Assembly: GCA_965649825.1 (NCBI GenBank)
Contig: OZ287694.1
Coordinates: forward strand, 1,363,197-1,427,196
DNA: 64,000 nucleotides
Origin: Penicillus capitatus
Lineage: Eukaryota > Plantae > Chlorophyta
Reading direction: 5' to 3'
The first letter of the stretch is position 1, and every line of letters starts with the position of its first letter. Made by a program: the position numbers and the translations under genes. A model generated the notes under the pieces. The model searched no databases, was not told the DNA's origin, and saw only the letters and a list, made by a program, of their open reading frames with translations. Of this stretch, positions 14,517-27,250 are shown one piece after another.

Positions 14517-14821
14517 GACGTGGCGTTCGTATGTTGTTCCCAAAGGGAATTGTCTTTCATTTTGTGGAACAGCTTGTAAAGACACGCGTCGTGACGCACT
14601 GAGCGGCTTCGTAGTAGCTTGATGCTGGGTGCATGCTATATCATCACGGCCATTACCGCGGATTTCTTGTAGCGATACTCACAGCACACGTGTTCACTTA
14701 CTATTTAGGCGGCATTCTATAACGAGCGTTGTCGAATAACATCCACGAACTTTGTTTGTTAGTTTATCTCGAATACTTCGTTGAAGCGTTCTCTGTTTAT
14801 TCAATCTCTGCTCCGTCGCGC

Positions 14822-17800
14822 ATGGTTTGCAAATCTCCCTCTTACGAAGAGGCGGAACAGAGAACCTCGGGACGCGACACCAGCATCCTAACAACGAGGA
14901 GTCTCGGCGCCCGTTCTCCGCCTTGTCCGTTATCTCTTGTCAGCAGACTCAGTACAAACCCTCTCAATTCCACACCATCTCACTCGAAGATTGATGCAGG
15001 CTTCAACAAAACGCATTTGGCCTCAGAGTCGACTGCGCCATTTCAGCGTTCCTTCCTACAACAACAGACCATTCGTTTCGATCTTCGTCACAAGTACGTC
15101 CGTCGTCGCGGTGCGTCGACAGCACGGAGGGACGGTTTGGACTATAGGACTGAGAACGTCATGGACCGAAGAGGAAATCTAGGTAACAATGTTGTAAGCG
15201 CCGGACCGAGCGAGCCGTCGACCTCTTCGAAGCTGCAGCTCAAGTAACGCCGATGCCGCGGCACATCATAGACTGACCCATCCTTGTGCCTTCAGACGGT
15301 CTCTTCTGGCAGCACGGGATCACAATAGCTTTGTGCGTAACGTGGATTTGACGATTCAGTATATCAACCCAGATGTCTTCGTCTCAGACGACATCATCAT
15401 CCCAGAACAAATCGCTCGGCTAACAAAGACCGTGGATGAAGATGAAAAGCGACTGCGAGAAATCGACGTGGAATACCGCGGAGAGAGTGTTTGGAAAGAT
15501 GCCTCGCAGTTTCTCAAGCTATTAGAAGATGGCCTATATCACGTCAGATCAGCCATGGGAGAACTCAGACAATACATTCCGGCCCCGGCCATGAGCGATG
15601 ATCGATATCGCAGAACGCCGAGTCTCGAGAGTCTGGAGTCGATAGTGTCTGAAAGGGAGGCCTGTGCACATCTCCTTAAGGTCGCCGTGCAACGCGGGTA
15701 TGAAGTTATCCAGGAACGATTTACCGATTGCTTACGTCTGGTGACGGACGGCCTTCATGGAGAACCGCCGATGATCGATGCGACATCAACGACCTGCATC
15801 TCTTGTGCCTCTCAGGCCATTGCCCTGCTCGAAACGATTGTTGTTTTCGAAACCGAAACGCATGGACTGGATAGAAATCAATTTGCACTTACGATTGAGC
15901 AACAGATTCTCAAAGAGCGGCAACAGTCGCTCGTCGATATGTTTCATGCACTTTGTCGTTATTTGATGTGCCTTCATGAAAGCCTCTTTTTGACGGAGCA
16001 TCTCTTCGCCAAGGGACTTCCGTCGATTCAAAAATTAAAAAGCATGGCGACGATGATGAAAAGGTGCTGGACCCATACACGGGATATCATGAAGCGGATG
16101 ACGCATACATGTCCGATGTTCAAGGAAGTGGCTCATGAGTACTTTGGTCGAGCGTTATGGCACGCCGCATCCTTGATGGCTAAAATGCAAGACGTGGACG
16201 ATGTGCAGGCATTCCTGGAGCATGCCAAAATCATCTCGTACAACGCTGAAGTCGTGAGGGATGTGGTGAAAGGACAGTTATGGCTGTTGCCTTGCCTGGA
16301 GCAGATACACAGTTTGATCTCGAGACACGTCCCCCGTCTGCAATCGCAGCTGACCGACGGCACATCCAAGCCTCAAAAAACATCCCAGCTTCTTCGCGAT
16401 CTCAAGAAAGTGATGTACGACCTCGTGATGATGACTCTCGCCCGGGCCTCGTGGTTGAGCTCTTATCCGGAAACGCCTTACCTAAGGCTGGCCAAGGACA
16501 TCAGAGATCAAGGGACCCTCGCCTTCGTGCTCGTTTCGAAATACACCCGCTCGAGAATTGCACTCAAGTGTGATCAGGAGTGCACTGTTGAGGTAAAGGC
16601 CCTCTTTTCAATCCATTGCTCATGATGTGACGTCATCATCTGCTGCAGGATGTTTCGCTGTACAGTGCGCTGGTCTGTGCCACGAATGAACTGCGAAATG
16701 CAATCTTGCCCCTTCACGATCTCGTCCAGCGGCACAGCTGCATCCACGAAGAACCGGAGTCGACACTCCTGTCGCCCCACGATTCGATCGACTCTGGATG
16801 CATTAAATTCCATGAGGTGCCTTGCATTCGTCGACTGAATACCGACATCTCGATCAAACCTTACCCGGTCACGATGGACGGTTCAATTGAGTTCGAAGCG
16901 GCACTCATAGCCGTGGAAGCGGAGGAGGCGGCTATGCTACAGCCATCATCCAGTTCACGCGACTGGATGCTGTCTCCCTGGGCAACCGATATGGATTCGG
17001 TTAGTGACGATGAGGAAGAGAAAAGAGAGTCTGCATCGAATTCGGTCGATATTATGTCCTTCCATCAAAAGTCCAAGGTGCACAGTCTCGCATCCAGTAC
17101 TGCCAGTCTCGACCTGCCGACAGATTTCGTAGACATTGACGAATCCAACTCTGGCGAAGTGGACTCAGCCTTCCAGAACGGCACGGCACCTAGGAGAGAA
17201 TCCACTCGAGATGGTGCGGCGATCGCAGCAAACAAATCGCAGTCGAGATGCGAATCTCTGTCCCCATTTGAAACGCAGCAACCGGAGAAGCTCCCTGAGG
17301 CCGCCGCCGCCGGCTGGGGTGGTGGAAATACGAATAACGATGGGACAACCGAGGCTATGTCGACGGGCATCGTGGGGGTCGTTTCGTCGGGTCTCGTTAA
17401 GGATGTCCTGGCCGTGGATTTGATTCCGGGACCCATGATCGGCAAAGGCTCCGAAGGCCACGTTCTGAAGATGTCTTATCACGAGACGCCCGTCGCTGTG
17501 AAGATCATGAATCACACCTGCCACAGAACGCGCGAGCGATTCAAGAACGAAACCAAACTCCTCAGCAAACTCACACCCCATGACAACATCGTCAACTTCG
17601 TCGGACGCTGTACCGATCTCAAAGCAGGGGAGCAAGACGCCGCGGCCGATCTCGTTATGGTCATGGAGTTTTGTGACCTTGGCAATCTGTACAAGATTAT
17701 CAGCGAGGCCAAGTACAGCAGTGCCTCTCCATACCGCATGATGTGACGTCTCTGTTTTTAGATGGATCTGTCAGTTGAACGAGATCGGAAGAGATTTGAC

Positions 17801-18395
17801 CGAGTTCCAGGATTGTTTTGGTTACCTGTTGTACAGCGATTGGAAACGACGTCTCGAAGTTGCACGGGATATCGCTGCCGGAGCGGCTCATATGCACCTT
17901 CATGACATCGTCCATCGTGATCTGACGAGTTTCAATGTGGTCTTGAAGAAAGGCGATGCAGGAGAATGGATCGCAAAGATTTGCGATTTTGAACGCTCAC
18001 GATTCGTCGCGCCAAATCAGACCATCCCACGCAGCGATAACATCGCCAACTCACCAGCCTGGTCCGCACCCGAAGTACTGCGCGAGGATCCCTACTCTGT
18101 TCAGGCAGACGTCTTTTCATTGGGCGTCATTCTCTGGGAGCTCTGGACGCTGGAAGAGCCGTGGAGACATCCAGACCAGGAGATCCGTAATCCGATGCAC
18201 ATTATCCCTACGGTTGGCAACCATGGTGCCCGTCTTAAGTGCCCACCCGTAACGGATCCGCGTTGTCCGCACCTACCTCAACTGAAAGCGCTGATCGAAG
18301 ATTGCTGGAATGAGGAGCCCTCTTCGAGACCCACGATGTCCGAAGCGCATCAAAGACTCGTCAGAATGATTGGAGACCACTTCCTCACGCAGTGA
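14822..18395 (+). CDS. TKL/Raf-like protein kinase with long N-terminal extension
   Basis: Three introns (52, 56 and 49 nt) join ORFs 14729, 15333, 16706 and 17775 in frame. Kinase motifs IGKGSEGHV, VAVK, HRDLTSFNV, DFE, WSAPE and DVFSLGVILWEL. Confidence 0.85.
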
Positions 18396-20121
18396 TTCAA
18401 GCTCAAACCACGTTTCCTACCACCGCATCAACGTTTAATGTTATGACTATGTTCGTCGTGTATCAGCTTCTCAATTCTTGTGCATTCATGAACTGGGACA
18501 TACTTGTGCGCGCCGCCTGCACTGATTAGGTTGCATTTGAGGGTTGGATTGTGAACGAGCTCCATTATCGTCGTGCAGTTTCTGTTATGTGCGTTTATGA
18601 CACGATCGCAATGTCTTAGTCTCTGTGGATCAAACCGCTTTGAGAAAAACAAACCGAATCTGCATTCATCATTTTGCCATTAGTTTCGTGATTCTACCCG
18701 TTGGCCTTGAACACACATATGGAAACGTTGAGGTGTCGGCGGTTTTGCAAAGGGTACTGTGCATTGAAAGAATCTTTAAAATGGCTGGTCGTTTTGAGCG
18801 TTTCCATGGATGACGAGATCTCGCGCATCGAATGACGACACGTGCGGTGACGGACGAGATCGCCGGGCGACTCGCCTCCCTGGTTGTCTGCAACGTTCGC
18901 GAGCAGAGGTCACAATCTTGACAAGACACTTGATGTGACGTCTGTACAACATAACATTCACCACTGCATTGTAGATGGGATCGGGCGCCATCTCGAAGAA
19001 GGCTGCGATCGATCGCAATGCGGCGGAAAAAAGCTAGAGAATCGATCGATGATGAACAGCGGCTGTGATCAGGCGTCGATCAGGAGTCGTGCATGCTAGT
19101 GTACCATTTGCCATCTATCTGTCTGGTGGAATGCATGAGCGGGTAAACGGGTGATCGCGCGAACGGGTGTTTGTGTCCTTTTGTATTGGCAATGCTCGTG
19201 AACATGCTGTCTGTTATGTAGGTCCGTTACACTGTCATCAGCTTTCTAGGACAAGAGTCCGGTAAAGGAGACGCTAAACAAAAAGATCAGCTTCATTCTG
19301 CCATCAGGCTCATGGTGACTTTCCTTCAATGCCCATGTAACGAAAGAATGTTTACCCACCACCTATAATGACCGTTTACACGGGAATTGAGGCGATGCCA
19401 TGAGGTACTGTATGTCATTGTCTTCCTGGAGCACCTGCGAAGCTTTGACAAAAAACGAGATCGGCGCTCCAAAGCTCTATAACCTCATTAACCGTGCCGA
19501 CCAAAATGCAAAAGAGAGAGCGAGAGTGTGTGTACACGTCGTCATCAGATAAGTAGTCAGGACTCAACTCAAAGTGAAAATCTAGTTGCACATCATCGCT
19601 GGAAACCTTCCACTGAAACGTCTTCCATCAACAAGGAAAATGCTGCTTCTCGATACAATAATGAATAAAGGCTCCACCTTTCATGCATTTCCAGTGATGC
19701 CAATAACAATCCAATCGTCCACCCACGGGGCCGTCACGAGGGAAAGATTTCCAGGCAGGAATAAAAGACAGGTTAGAGTGCGCACAGGAAGATAGATCGA
19801 TAAGCACACACACAATCTTTATGAGAGAGGGAAACATCGTTTCCATGATCCATCCTTGTTTTTTTGAAGTGGACGGAGTTGATTCAAATCCCAAGAGAAT
19901 ACAACGATAACATCAACATCAACAACAACACACATAACAGAGATAGCAGATGAGTCTGACTCGGATCTTGCTTTAAAAGGGAAAGGCTTCCTGCAGACTC
20001 ATCGCCAAAAAATAAACTGGTATCTTGATGCATCCATTCATCGGGTGTGAGCTATCAAAGACTTTAGGAGCACTGTCACGCACTCGCAGATGGGGTGAAA
20101 CAAGACATGAATGAAAAAGGA

Positions 20122-20186
20122 GAACAAACGAACAAACAAACATACGAACAAACAGTCGACCGACCGACCGATCGATCGATCGACCG
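20122..20186. repeat. Compound (ACAA/ACGA)n-(CGAC)n-(CGAT)n microsatellite
   Basis: Direct reading: gaacaaacgaacaaacaaacatacgaacaaacagtcgaccgaccgaccgatcgatcgatcgacc. Confidence 0.85.
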
Positions 20187-20276
20187 GACACAGATCAAAC
20201 AAGTCAAACAACTGGACATTATAAAAAACAAATGCGTGACACGCTTTTTTTTGCTCTTCTCGATACGTGGGCCTTA

Positions 20277-21504
20277 TTAGGAGATCTGGAGGACAGACAG
20301 CTCAAGGTATCTGTTCTGCAAGTATTGACGATTTTTTTCACGGACTGCGCGTCTAGCCTCGTCGGGAGACACAAAGGTAATCCAACCCTCTCCGCTTGAA
20401 CGCCCCGAGGTGTCTTTATCGATCTGTACCGATGTCGGGATGAAATTGAACGATTGAAAAAACTCTCGGATCTCATGCTCTGTCACGCGGAACGGCAGAC
20501 CACGTACCCGTACAGTACTACCATCATTCGTGAAGTGACGAATGTGTGAGAAGGGACTCGAGACAAATGGATGAGATCTGAGAGAGAGATTAGAAGGCAA
20601 TGTCATCGCAGGCATCGCCGATGGGCCCATGCTCCATGGCATGCCACTTGGCGCCAGATGAAAACCTCTACACACAGCATCACATCCACCTGTCACATCA
20701 TCAACATCGTGATCTTTCGATGCTTACGGCGCTGGAGGTGTCGTCATGGATCTGTTCAGAGTTGGGTTGAGTCCCATTTGTGGGAGATACGTTTGTGGGG
20801 CGAAGCCCGGAAGCCCGTACAGCGCAGCCGCAGGGAGCCCCATAATTGACCGCGGCTTTGGCGTCTTCGGAATCGCAGCTGTTCCGAATTTGACCTGATC
20901 CTCCATTTCCTGCTTAGGCACGTGAAGCAGCTTCACATACCTATCGCCAATATACTCCCCATTCTTTTGCATCGCCTGTAACAAGACAGCCATCGCAACG
21001 AGGCAGATGATCTTTTCTTAGAACGCTTGCTTACACGCAATGCCTCCTCCGTTGAGTCAAACTCTGCAAATGCCTAGAGAACGCACAACACGATGCGAGA
21101 TGCGTGCGATGACGGCGTTGCTATGTGGAAAATTTTACCAGTCCACTTGGCCGTCCGTCCGATTCGAGCACGAAAGCAACTTTCCGAATTTCGTATTCGC
21201 TGAAGAAGTCGTAGATTTCTTGCTCCGTTGTCGAATAAGGCAGTCCTTTGAGCTTCAGAACACAACTGTCGGACATCGGGACACTGCGCAGTTTGTTCGG
21301 CGCTGGCGCTGAGCAGAAACTGTGTGGCGCCGCTGCCAAAGGCACGCTCATGAGAGGGTGCGGTTTGTAGAGGACGTTATCCGGGGTCACGCCAGTCGGG
21401 ATGTTCAGCGAGTAGTCTGGCGGCATAAAAGTCAAGCCAGGTCCAGCTCCGGCGGCAAAGAGTCCCGTCGTATCTGAAGCGAGAAGCTCGTTCGTCGGCG
21501 CCAT
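20277..21504 (-). CDS. hnRNP F/H-like (quasi-RRM) RNA-binding protein
   Basis: Repeated qRRM motifs LKLKGLPYSTTEQEIYDFF and VRVRGLPFRVTEHEIREFF...GRSSGEGWITF...YLQNRYLELS. Start approximate. Confidence 0.8.
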
Positions 21505-21715
21505 ACGTAGATTCTCTTTCGTCGGACACAAGACAGACATACTCTGAAGTCGAATGCGGGCAGAGAAATGGAGAAAGCGCGAGTGGATGAAACTGCGTTG
21601 CACAGATGACAGGAGGTCCGCAAACAAACACGTCAGCAACAGCGATCAGTGAAACGCGCAAACGATGGCTGTCACATCATCGGCTCCTTTATTACATCGA
21701 CGCTTGCAGCTCAAT

Positions 21716-22184
21716 TCAGTACTCTGCCCAACCACCATTGCCGCCGAGTTGCTCAATCACGCAGTCAATGATATCGCCTTCCTCCATCTCCACGTCTTGA
21801 GGCGTCTGGTCTTCGCGGATGCGCTCTCCTTCGAAGAGAAAACGCACTTGGTTCACTTGGTAATGCTTCTTCTGACAAAAGGCCAACATCACCTGCATCC
21901 ATATTGAACCCATGTAGCCACCCTCACCTCAACCCGACCACCATTACCTTTTCAAACTTTGTATTTTTGCGCACTTTGAACTGAAGACCCGCTCCGGACT
22001 GGTCACGTACAACGATATTGATGGGCTCAGCCTTTTCGGTTTTTTGGCGAGATGCTTGTTCGTTCGGTGCTTCGGTCGCGGGGTCCGTTGTCAGTCTTTC
22101 GGCAGGAGCCTCTTCTGTTTGTGGCTGTTCGGACGTGGCATTGAGTTCGCTGTCGGCTTGTGGAGCCTCGCCATTGTCCGCCAT
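21716..22184 (-). CDS. SUMO: SUMO
   Basis: INIVVRDQSGAGLQFKVRKNTKFEK|VMLAFC...VRFLFEGERIREDQTPQDVEMEEGDIIDCVIEQLGG, with one intron. Confidence 0.9.
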
Positions 22185-22904
22185 ATCTGATGCACATACA
22201 CAAACAGCACGGCACAACGCAGCGGCCGCGGAGAAGCGACGTGAAAGAGCCCAAGCCGCCAAAGCTACGTTAACGTGAGGAACGAAGTCGCACGGAAACC
22301 AAAAGCGCATGAGAACGAAAACCGCGTCGACGACCGCGAACGCTCTCGTTTTGTGAGCTACCTGGACGATCCTTTACGTGCTCTGGACTCGCACAGTGAT
22401 AAACACACAGAAACGTTTGCTTTGGAAGGTTCCCACCGCTATGACGTGATGAAATGGTCGGGTAATTGTTAGACGGCGAACAAACGCACACATCTGTACG
22501 TTCGTTCGTTTACTCGATCAACGACGTGGATGCGATGCGATGCGATGGGAGCCAGGTGGAATGGAGTCAACAGCCGTTTAAACAGTTAGCCTGTCACCTC
22601 AGTAAAAAAAGAGTGCGTTTGTGACACGTGTGATCAAAATGATGAGCAACCGACCACCCACGAGATACCCAATCTCTGCCTCCCAAGGCTGAGATCAATC
22701 ACTTGAATACCCCCATCGTTCTCATGCGACGTTTATGAAAACACGTTCATGTCAATGCACCCACGACACGGATACTGCATCTATGCCCCCTCGCGTCCCA
22801 GGATCTTAAAAAAAAGTTCATCTGCTCCAAAGTCAGAGCCCGCTCTTACCGCGCATTCTGCCAGTTCCTGGATCGGGTTTGACATAGCACGTTCGATACG
22901 TGGC

Positions 22905-25315
22905 CTAGAGGAGCATCCCGCTCGTCGGAGATGGCTCGCGGAGGGGCATTACGCAGGTGGTATTGGTCTCGTTAGTGGACTGAGCTCTCTCGAGTGTTTG
23001 TTGGGAGGATGGATCACGCTCGATGGATTGGGGCACTGGAGAGAACATCAGGCAAGGATTGACATCAGGCTGTTGGAGAAACTGAACGCATCTCGATCTT
23101 CCATCGCTATAAAGCTTTTCGACATTCGCAGAATGCGCATTCACGTCGCGAACAGCATTGACATAGACGAGATGCTGCGAGGGAATGCCGACAGAAGACA
23201 TGCTCAAGTAGTTTGTTTGCTTCGTCGCCTTGTTGCAGCCATTCAGTTTCTTGCGCCGTCGCATGTTGTGGCGCTGTAATCTGGACAGACATCATTCCTC
23301 ATACAGGATTGATGTGACAGGCGATCTGTGAACTTACCGTGTTCGGCAGCTGCGTTTGTTGTTATCGAACTCACTCAGATTGTGAAATCGCCCACATTGT
23401 TGACAGAACCGCTGCTGTTGCCCGTCCTTTATGATGGAACTGACTTTGAGATGATACTGGCATATCTTATAGCGAATGTGATACTCTTTGAGTCCCTGCA
23501 GGCACGCCGTGCAGCCCTCGACCTGACAGGTGTACGGCTGACTCGGCTTACCCGAACCTTTGCGTCCACGTCCCTGTCAACATCTCCATCGTCACACAGA
23601 GCAACTGGGAAGCATGATCATCCTACGCGTTTTGCTTTCGGCTTTCGTGTGCTCGAAGTCTCGGATGAGCCGTTGTCGTCCGTCGAACGGGCTTTGACCG
23701 ATTCTTCGCCAATCGATTTTGAACGGGGTTCGTTCTGCTTAAGGTGATGGGCAAAAAGAGATCCACATAGAGCATTTGTTTGGAGAGAGGCATCAGTGGA
23801 AGCTTCTTTTTCGTCCGTTTTCAAGGAATCTTTTGAAAACATGTTCGAAGGAAGAAGATCCAATGCCGCCGGCAAGGAAAGGGGGTTCGACGATGGTTGC
23901 TTGTCCAGCGGCAACTCATCGGAACACTTCGACTCAAACGGCACGCCAGACACAGTCTGCATCCAAAAGAGCACGAGCGTGAGATACGGAGAAGGGGAAA
24001 AGAACGAGGGACACGTACTGTCGTTGTTGCTGCTGCTGACGTCCATTCCATGTCGTCCCCTTGTTCGTTCTGCATCGGGATCGGATGTCGTCCGTCTGCA
24101 GCAGTCAAGAAACGAAGCAGATGTAACTGCAGGCAGTTCAGACGTGGTGAGATGAGCAGGAAAGAGGGGGTATGGGGTGGGTTACTTCGTCGGACTGTGT
24201 AGGGGGTCTTGATTGAATGCAGATCAAGACATCCTTGAAATGCACAAATCTGGAAGGATCTCTCGTTATCCATAAGTAGGCAGCCTTGTACAAGGTCTTT
24301 TTGCTGATGGCTCCAAGTTTCGGACTTCCAAGCATCGCTGTAAGATTTTCCAAAGACAGATCATAGAAGCCGGGGGAATCGATGACATTTTTCAAATCCA
24401 GAGACGCTACGTAGAGAGATTTAATGGCGATATGCTCGACTTTGTGCCTTTGAGCTTCGGCAAAGAAGAAACAACACGTATGGGTATTCAGTTGCATGTG
24501 AATGTACAGGCTCGCGGTCGACTCCAACTCATCACAACCGTACAACACCGCCGCTGCTAGCAACTGGACTGCGTTCTGCATCTGAACGTTGCAGCGATTT
24601 GTGTAGAGGTACTGAAGCATGGCATGAAGACATGCCGGTTCAACATCGTTACAGTAGATCTCCTCAGCTGCTTCTTGCGAGAGCATGTGATTGAACTTCC
24701 GACTTCCAGCCGAGAGAACAAGACGATGAGCAGCAGTCCTTTTTCCAGCGGCATCGACGAGGGTAATATCCGAGAACTTTGCACACTTATAGAATTGTCC
24801 AAAACCCTGCGCAACGACTGTCGCGGCCGCATCCTACAGATACATTTCCGGATGTCATCGCTTTGTTATCATCGACGGCTCGCGTCGAAACAACGATCGT
24901 GCGCATTCGTTAACGACAAGGGCGTGTTCGTCGAAGAGACACGTGGGGAGAATCCGATAATGAAGAGACGGGACGGACTCCATGCGAGCGTTCGTTCGCC
25001 AACCGTGGCGCGCTGTCTGGCAGTCGGTCGGTACGTCCCGCGTCTAGTTTCGTTGCAATAAACCAACCGCAAGTCGTTATACGTGGGAGGAGCATTGTCG
25101 AACAAGAGTTTCCCTCTCCGTCGGCTCCAGTCGTCCAAGAGCGACTGTCTAGGAAAGGCCGCGGTAATGACGAATCCGTCAACGTCAAGCTGGCCACTAT
25201 TATGAAGAGCGTGCATTGAATAACGGCGTTGTGAGGGAGACGACGATCGTGTTGCGTTTCTTACTGTGTTGGGGTCATGACGCGTGCCGCTGTGATCTTT
25301 CATTCTGTCGGCCAT
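22905..25315 (-). CDS. BTB/POZ-BACK domain protein
   Basis: KFSDITLVDAAGKRTAAHRLVLSAGSRKFNHML...LHAMLQYLYT (BTB) followed by a BACK-like segment (FYDLSLENLTAML...LYKAAYLWI). Outer exons uncertain. Confidence 0.75.
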
Positions 25316-25656
25316 GTTAAACGACGACGCAAAAAAAGAAACGAGACGTCTTCGGCGGCGCCTATAAATGAGGCTGGACAGCGGGACTCGGAAAATAAAC
25401 AAACAAAAGACAGCACAAAAATCAAGAAATGCCGACGCTTTAAAAGCTCGCAGCAGTACGCTGGCAATACGCAGTGAAAGGAAAAATCGTTCTCCTGGCG
25501 AGTACTTCATTTTTTCGTTCAATAGGAATCCACAGAACGTAGTACGGTGCAGCAGTACTGCTTGCATAGATACGCAACGGTGCCTCGTTAGATTCCTTCA
25601 TCCTTGGAAAAGCATACAGACTAACCGACAGGTAACAGCTCTTAGCTGCTGCGCGT

Positions 25657-27250
25657 CTAGACGCGGGTCGGGAAATTTTTGCGGCGGTGCGAAATGTGCA
25701 CCGTACCGTCGAGAAGGGCAGAAATGTGTTTATACGGGTCGGTGGACGTCCTTCTTCCTTCTGGTTGCTTCGTTGCTGAGGAGCCCCGTCGAGAGACCAG
25801 GTCGCTTTCAGTAGTGCCGCGTCGGCGGTACCGCTCTTGCACCTCGTTGCGATATGCGAGGGTCGACTCTCCCCACGCGACCATAAAGGACTGCGCGATT
25901 TTGCGTACTTCGGTATCCACCGTATCGCCTGTGTGACATGCACGACGCTCGTGACCTTCAAAGACGATATGATCTTGCCTTGGAGACAGATGGCGCGATC
26001 GAGGTTTGTGGGTTGATCGAGAAACTGAAAATGCCCAGCGTCTCGGATGACGATTTCTATGGCAGGTCCCTGTGCAGCCTCGTAGAATTTTTGGTAATTG
26101 GCTTCAATAGGGGCACAGTCAGCACCGAGCTCACTCCCGATGGTCAACATCGGAATCGACAAAGCATTCGATTCGATGGCTGCCACGGCAGACGGATACC
26201 TACACAGCTCCCAGTTGCTGCCCGATGAGATCTCACCAGATATCTGACCCGGGACCCAACGGTGCATAGATGGTGTTATCGACGGGGTCGATAAGACACA
26301 AGGAGCGTACGCGTGGATCCTCAGCTGCGGCAAGAACCGAAAGTTTGCCGCCTCTAGAGTGTCCTAAACCGATCGATCGGGTAGGGAGGTTTGCAGTGGC
26401 GGCAGATAGGACCAATAAGGTAGACGCAGTTGGCGTCCGAGATTTTCTGCATCAGTGGATCCTGCTGTGCCCAGTCAATGATATCGCGGATGACATTGAG
26501 TGAGACGATGTCGTCGAGCGACTCCATCAAGTTTTCGACCTTATCGTACACCACTGCCACGTATCTACACTGAAGCGTCCATGCACAGATGTATACCCCT
26601 TCTGTGCAGCCTCACCCCCACGTCGCCAATCGTTCGGCATAGGACGTGTATTCTTCGCCCCTGACGAGGAAGCCGCTGCTGATGATGGCCAGTGGATAAG
26701 GAGGCTGCGCCTGATCGTCTTTTCGTTTGGGATATGTCACTTGTATCCGTACCAGACATCTGAGATCCAAAACTATGAGTGGGAAATGCGGTCACTCTTG
26801 AGATAGTGACCTGTCGCCGACACACAGGGGAAAGCATTTGGTGCATGTGTGTTCAAGGCGTGGCAGTCGTGATGGTTCATACGATCCCGGTCCTGTGAAG
26901 TCTGCCTCATTGACGGGTACAAAATCAATTGGATCTGCCTGGCCATGCAGGAAATCTCGAAGAGTGTGCAGACAGGTGTCGCGGTTACCTGAGCAGAGAG
27001 CGTTTGGACTGCTGTTGCGAAGAAAACGTGCGTTAGCGTCGCCGTGAAGGTGCGGACGGCGTGACGTCGGGAGATGGGACGCTTGGACAACTCGTCCCTT
27101 ATCGAGGCAGCGACGACACGACAAATAGTGCGTGTTGGTTGAGGGAAAGCCGACAGGCGACGATATGCCACGCGAAAACGTTCCACGTTGTAGTGCATGT
27201 TCCCACGGTGTACGACACTGCATGCAGCTTCGAGGTCGCTTAATACGCAT
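25657..27250 (-). CDS. Chlorophyllase-like alpha/beta hydrolase
   Basis: GHSRGG nucleophile motif, IDPVD, AGHFQFLD and PYPLAIISSGFLV...YAERLATWG. Multi-exon; start approximate. Confidence 0.8.

Noticed and set aside
18428-19018. Possible small minus-strand gene with a motif-bearing intron near 18931
   Set aside because: No splice combination gave a recognisable or convincingly long product.
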